Assembly: GCA_902785135.1 (NCBI GenBank)
Contig: CACZXL010000007.1
Location: forward strand, 6,016-70,015
Direction of reading: 5' to 3'
DNA: 64,000 bases
DNA from: an uncultured Erysipelotrichaceae bacterium
Lineage (GTDB): Bacteria > Bacillota_I > Bacilli_A > RF39 > UBA660
Each line of letters starts with the position of its first letter. Position 1 is the first letter of the stretch. Made by a program: the position numbers and the translations under genes. Shown here piece after piece: positions 63,801 to 64,000 of the stretch. The notes beneath the pieces are model-generated. The model was not told the DNA's origin. It was given only the letters and a program-made list of their open reading frames with translations, and did not search any database.

Positions 63801-64000
63801 TATACTCCAAACGGATGGAAGATTGGTAGTACATTCTATATCAATAATGCAATAATAAATGTTAATTCAGATAGATATTTAGTATCTCAATATACAGATT
63901 CTATTAATGGAGTAACAGAACTTCCAAATCCTACTAGAAAAGGATATAGATTTGATGGTTGGTATACTAATACTGAATATACTGAAAAGGTAACTTCATA
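48837..64000 (+). CDS. Giant secreted multi-repeat surface protein, 3'-truncated by the window edge (at least 5,054 codons). It has a signal peptide and an N-terminal unique domain. It then alternates about 20 Listeria-Bacteroides-type (Flg_new/InlB B-repeat-like) repeats with 4 DUF285-type LRR modules
   Basis: ATG at 48837 after ggaagtttagagg; signal peptide MKKSSRVRLLLFALVVFVMQLFAFNGKVKA. I translated long stretches in frame 0 (48837-52320, 52314-53350, 56271-56760, 60598-64000) and found no stop. ~75-aa repeats end in (F/Y)xGW(Y/F)xxxTGGxKYTxYxGxxDITLYAxW. Modules at about 52.3-53.35 kb, 54.17-55.09 kb, 56.27-57.31 kb and 58.49-60.19 kb carry 6-10 tandem FDTSNVTNMSxMF-type ~24-aa units and end IYVSEKW...LVGQKGTVYD...IDDAPxxPGYLTYK. 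The ORF track omits it because no stop lies in the window. Confidence 0.85.
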   Translation, partial: MKKSSRVRLLLFALVVFVMQLFAFNGKVKAEYVSYGKTYNEVFYVVNGEHYRMKLFKSDFDQCGSADPDYKNWKSVYIFPSQHTYVHGLMNCIRDVDGNREIQKEAFIDDHTAVVGWYSNPELTGSPIKSAPYGQDTTVYGKTAPAITIWVDGKKVSMVKNKTYDFEYINSYNRYDNEITSENSKMTIDGKYITAMAYWTKTKAHVDANDRIDLYRNVHFYNSQYFPAIHEIFNIRGQNPQLYKSQNSDRIDYYQVLPTYYEVLDLIDEEGNSYNFKKITATEDVDGKHFTVITSDEICVKHGLSGPLNEHEKDHRFLGYTLLDTDLEDYVYYSDGYVRQINSCNTHDFNLKAHFDGINPGEQVNIVELKGYGGTREKVLRGSKYTIPTPQEKAPTTFTVTFDYQDGVTPSLIKTGKVTYTPVGYSLDGVVYPAGTKITVVKNIVLEPVYKETISDVDFPTDPSRQYYTFKGWFDQGVGGRAVSKIEAVSQKLYAQWVEKDKVTVIRPDGVSINLQKGTEYTLPFIPKKKPAILATVLAYHNNETDDYDLYYVKTNYIIGGYNINNKHYDVGDTIVVNENIDLRQHLIYNEERENPTFKELTRDDYTFLGYYDSVTGGTKYTEYTGTTNKILYAHWSNDNNNVKITYPDGTFDKVLKGSNYTLRDGIAKSDESKTVTFKYQDDSTADYITSVNKQFTSNGWYIDGIHYDEGQTITADKDMTVESDYIETIIPATFPSNPVRVGYNFKGWYNQASGGTKYTSYSIFDDITLYAQWTTLSYQEMTVTVLPAGTVTKVRKGYSYTLPTLPSKDDDELATVTLKYQDGSTKDKIKKVTKSYTVDKWDISGDTYTTTTAGTSIRVNNNLVISPIYKETINPVTFKDAEREGYLFRGWYDIEGNRYTYYDGIDDITLYAHWEETEFPIGVEFELPELDTIDDEVLSTVTFKYKNDHRDTTSNVVRQYIKNGWIVDGKLYQPGDKVTLKYDSIIKEDYTETIVPAEFPEDPIKEGSTFKGWFDKETNGGNKYTTYDGEEDITLYARWKRNGTAEPYTLGINNTPKESIVISTKTFVLHNGEEDITVNIMEDFVPNGWLVDGEPYPDGATIMKYPDTVIRPNYTIFVRNADFPADPVKPGYKFIGWFTSETGGYQVTILNTYDSNTLHAQYTDSFAYLIDGPSFNSKIYSKYANDYSSSYSFRRATSEELQEVINTLDSSNVISTNDSPVPVYFWRTGSTILVGSTADTIYFNPDSSFMFSTKENERNTSAAREYYSSIDLSKFNSSIVTNMKGMFAYQNNATTINLRNFNTSRVTDMSWLFYATSSLSTVDVTSFDTHNVTTMKNMFGAGRFTSLNVTRFDTSNVTDMSYMFENNLLTDPLNLSRFDTSKVTNMSYMLSSIGYVPSIDVSSFDTSNVTDMSNMFSSTPWVTTLNLGSFDTSSVENANNMFYNTGSNKLTTIYVSEKWNLSDLPSNQRIFFNNNQLVGQKGTVYDGHDYKDYAIIDDAPNNPGYLTHVKNIKPIPEGTHTVSLPDYTEEVDHGSTYDIPNNRYPKENEDVAKVTFKYGNGHEDTTSKVQKQFIGNGFTIDGVHYDDGGSIVVVKDIALIPDYTEVNLGAEFPEDPSNNQFEFIGWFDHEFGGTQYTNYAGNEDITLYAQWKVNVAPIPGQDYVLPTNNYLKEDEILGTVTFKYHNGTADTTSTVIKQYINHGWLVNGDYYNDGDVINVVEGVDYIIEPNYIVKTIQAEYPENPSKDGYEFAGWYTEETGGKLVSAYSGETDITLHAQYSDDYALLDLGGNVNTKLKSLCNSYTGLNDLSFRKATQDEYNLVSSSLTDDNKISSSDSPKTVYAWLSGDEVIYYSDADIIYAKPNSIWMFKETTFKTIDISGINTTKVTDLGYFFEECHSLEEIIGLDTLYTHNVKGMAYMFHNTTSLKTVDLSHFDTSKVTGFHSMFSGSAVTKLDLRSFDISSATRIDRMFQSTRSLKELDITSFDTSNITNMEGTFAYTALDEIDLSHFDTSKVNNVRAMFSNVEATTIYVSEKWGLSNSIDDYRLFWRAYNLVGQKGTVYDEGQIDRAYAIIDDAPEHPGYLTYRKAPGSPDTYSVVYPDGRVFNVVAGGTHTLLENNYPKEDSKLATVTFKYYNGHEDTQSYVMRNYTPNGWLVEGTHYGNGQNITVNSDILLEPDYTNATIKAEFPENPTAENLKFKGWYSAASGGSKYSSYYNLYDITLHAQWDSTTNPMPGSPYTLPTNNTTKASENVASVLFKYQNGKEDTVSYVKKNFKPNGWLVDGVHKNTGEIINVTEDTVIEPDYTITYSSASFPANPTRTGYTFMGWFDAEFGGNIYSRTTGYKEPRNITLYAHWSKTGNTYTLPLNEETKESEVVSLVTFKYHNGEADTYGQVIRKYVPNGWLVNGVHKETGENITKTDQTIIEPDFREVIVPVELPKNPTKTDYLFEGWYDAETGGNKIVVYKGTENITLHAHYTNNYAILTTGPLFHNKVVELTSSYTSSAQFTFRKATESEYNEVAETLTNANIISARTSPNVAYMWTSGNLILYYSPVDIIFMNEDSSSMFFVANSNTQFNKFLSIDMTGLNSSRVRSMHALFKAESNSGITTSIDLTNFDTHNVTDMYGMFSGLNKITSIDTSSFDTRKVKDMSGMFDNCSKITSLDLSHFDTSNVTNMTNMFGSCYSLTYLNVSNFDTSKVKKFDYMFAGCRALTEIDVRSFNTEGVTSEYESGYASMFGNMSSITELDLTSFSGGVGNMVSMFSGCSNLVTIYVSEKWEEPRSEYFEGRTFESDTKLVGQKGTTYDANHVDSEYARVDEGPSRPGYLTFKGLIGTHKVTLPNRVEEVKHGGSFVIPKNTISKASEDLATVTFKYGNGQDDTTSKVQKQYVPNGWSIEGLPYSDNEVIIVLEDITIDAEYSEIQVGATYPSTPYKEGYAFVGWYTEETGGERVDSYNELNDITLYAHWTLDPPEPNQPYVLPLNDNAKASEDLAEVTFKFNNGDVDYIGYVTKVYTPNGWLVDGTHYNSGDTINIGDTIPEIIPDYTEVIKGVTFPTDPKRVGLYFDGWYDAKVGGTKYTSYEETNDITLYARYTDQGDYGKYKLPINNETKPSKIISTVTFKYHNGQEDTTANVVRRYEPNGWLVDGVYHGNGEYIKKNDNTVIVPSFAEFIDQVIFPATPTKNGSSFVGWYTAETGGDHVTTYKGTIDITLHAQYTESYSILVPGTTFRNIVANKTLGQFTEATRNNNIYFRKANQSEYNAVSANLTSDNIISTSDSPYVTYIWFNESNDEVLYYSEADVIYANPDSSYMFSPINKWDHNNFSYNIIDLSGINFNKATTFYYMFYTYYSRDYLKEIIFGDIDTSNVTNMSGMFLHNTGIRNLDVSKFNTGNVTNMSTMFGSLTSIEELDVSNFDTHNVINMNGLFSVMEKLSELDLSNFDTRKVTNMGSMFSQCKSLDYLDVSMLNTHNVTDMSYMFSGMLALRKLDLGSFDTSNVTTMYSMFQSDMVLRYVNLSSFDTSKVTNMQQMFDGTGLMEIDVTSFNTSNVTNMQHMFNNSDFLKRIVGLSSFDTSNVTSMQGMLAWNSSLEYVDISNFTFDSISGNGVYGLFERDENLKEVVFGDIKFNNPSSMAFMFDDDRSLVRISYNSIDTSNVNNMEYLFAYCESLNDFSMVTEFDTSNVTRMNDMFLGVSVTTLDLSNFDTRNVTSMNGMFAGSWASAPNRNLRTIYVSDFWDTSKVTNGSSMFQYSSSLVGEKGTTFDSNHIDVDYAHVDGGTSNPGYLTYKKSGYNVTLPDRVDHVKAGDEYTIPLNDYFKDDETLSTVTFKYQNGQDDTTSNVVKKYVPKEWKIEDEDYENREVIKVYKDIVLLPQYEEELFEAEFPADPTKDNYIFDGWHTSATGGTRYFNYAGDSNLTLYAHWAKPDDKFFDLTYCDLDGECETTRVTNGTKVKLAKQSASKELLLYLDYQDENPRRQYKATYKKESSSFLVNDKSYNVDDVVTITEDTTIVPEVKIIESKSTIAEPTKEGQKFIGWYTDASAGSQIDIDSITYDQFDTYNGNTLYAHYVEVGTNQVVVDFDGDIRVVNKGTTENLPSTKNKDSDSFIIHWIDSHGSNYNSTITNSYSLDKFLVNGEEKEKGASVTYNEDTVIRSQYTTTRSYDSNTTSTYSISYPNLLPNNNEDFLGWFVLDDEIDDVSDINTETNIYAHYVEKINLDVDGKVSKVNKGTVYTVPTSTVNESITITLDQNYVGAPSPVDYTITTSNELEYQTINGVVYFPGDEITLNEDTVVVSTASEEETTIEPAYTKPERTGYIFKGWLHNNEEVFIENITGRTTSLDNETLTGDWEEFNSETNAILHVTGKFTYDIQVTKGSELEIIDFAKDTNASIKLVDNDNNKEYNVTLTTNYMPTSGTFNGTPVSSDSSIVVNEESTLELEYLDVNTRVYDIEYPEYLEEEPPVEITNNTYVGIYEEDSTDSNRIDYLSLSAESDIDGNTYYIKYLNPDQGYVLVTLDGNAYVVPKGPGKLPGPTTKTSDEYTITFDYNRSSGRKEERKIIKSYQYDKFYVTVPEESSNTSGNYQSEANFNYDTNTVIDSLFTYTITYPEIPEVNSENFLGWYTKPNGGELVTSLEGKVEDYTLYARYDNQIMNITLDETVYTVPYGDEFEFPAGPSKTSESITLHLHDNYGEDNVNDYVISKDYTFKSYIIDGVEYNAGDKLIITEDKLGHSTYTESKSTNDESLLRPERDNYLFAGWEDSEHNRVNVSSLTADDTEYDEKDLYAKWEEDNGDNITIDYDGEIIVVPSGTYTPSRLTSEYESPLKPKDEIMTVTVDWNGAEGHDSPTKQVVIKKNWILSKLIINEDELIDYDNTEYVFNFDTKVQGVFDKTYEGDITTEGGDNSEGIYTEPVGGTKIESNDQVTDGAYYYVHYRNSYSIYINNEFYESVNAGRYTLPVNTVPKNMDNIATITYDYQDGRDNTYGYVRRKYTPNGWKIGSTFYINNAIINVNSDRYLVSQYTDSINGVTELPNPTRKGYRFDGWYTNTEYTEKVTS

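Noticed and set aside
1-64000. CRISPR arrays, IS elements, integrases, rRNA
   Set aside because: I looked for regularly spaced identical 25-40-nt repeats, transposase/integrase-like ORFs near the tRNA pair, and rRNA-like GC-rich blocks, and saw none. The only regular repeats are the protein-coding modules of the giant gene and short AT-rich tandem decamers.

Overview
This is a visibly AT-rich chromosomal segment from a low-GC, endospore-forming Firmicute of Clostridia type. The sporulation genes yunB, spoVIF-like, spoIVA and cotJB-cotJC are present. I did not compute GC or codon statistics. Positions 1-42,100 are mostly conserved housekeeping and sporulation genes: rluB, ferredoxin, ackA, nrnA, pyk, engB, der, hup, cca, dnaD-domain, uppS, dapF, a compact addB-addA pair, gltX and metG-proS behind T-box leaders, a tRNA-Cys/tRNA-Gly pair, SPFH, a Y-family polymerase and tex. 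A few irregularities are embedded in this part. There is a frameshifted DAGK-family lipid kinase, a solitary short UvrD-like helicase in a very AT-rich patch, and a 1.6-kb two-gene segment next to the tRNAs bracketed by near-identical 15-bp palindromic terminators. From about 42.2 kb the content switches to an accessory-looking cluster of membrane and secreted proteins. These are an XRE-HTH polytopic membrane regulator, a DUF2752 protein, an unannotated 45-aa Cys-rich metallothionein-like ORF, lysine-rich and coiled-coil proteins, and a divergently transcribed cohesin-like secreted protein. The cluster ends in one uninterrupted reading frame starting at 48,837 and running off the window end, at least 5,054 codons. 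The ORF track omits it because it has no stop inside the window. That giant predicted secreted protein alternates about 20 Listeria-Bacteroides-type (Flg_new/InlB-B-like) ~75-aa repeats with four DUF285-type modules carrying the FDTSNVTNMSxMF leucine-rich repeat, at roughly 2-kb periodicity. It is the most striking element here. All coordinates are from manual reading and may be off by a few bases.
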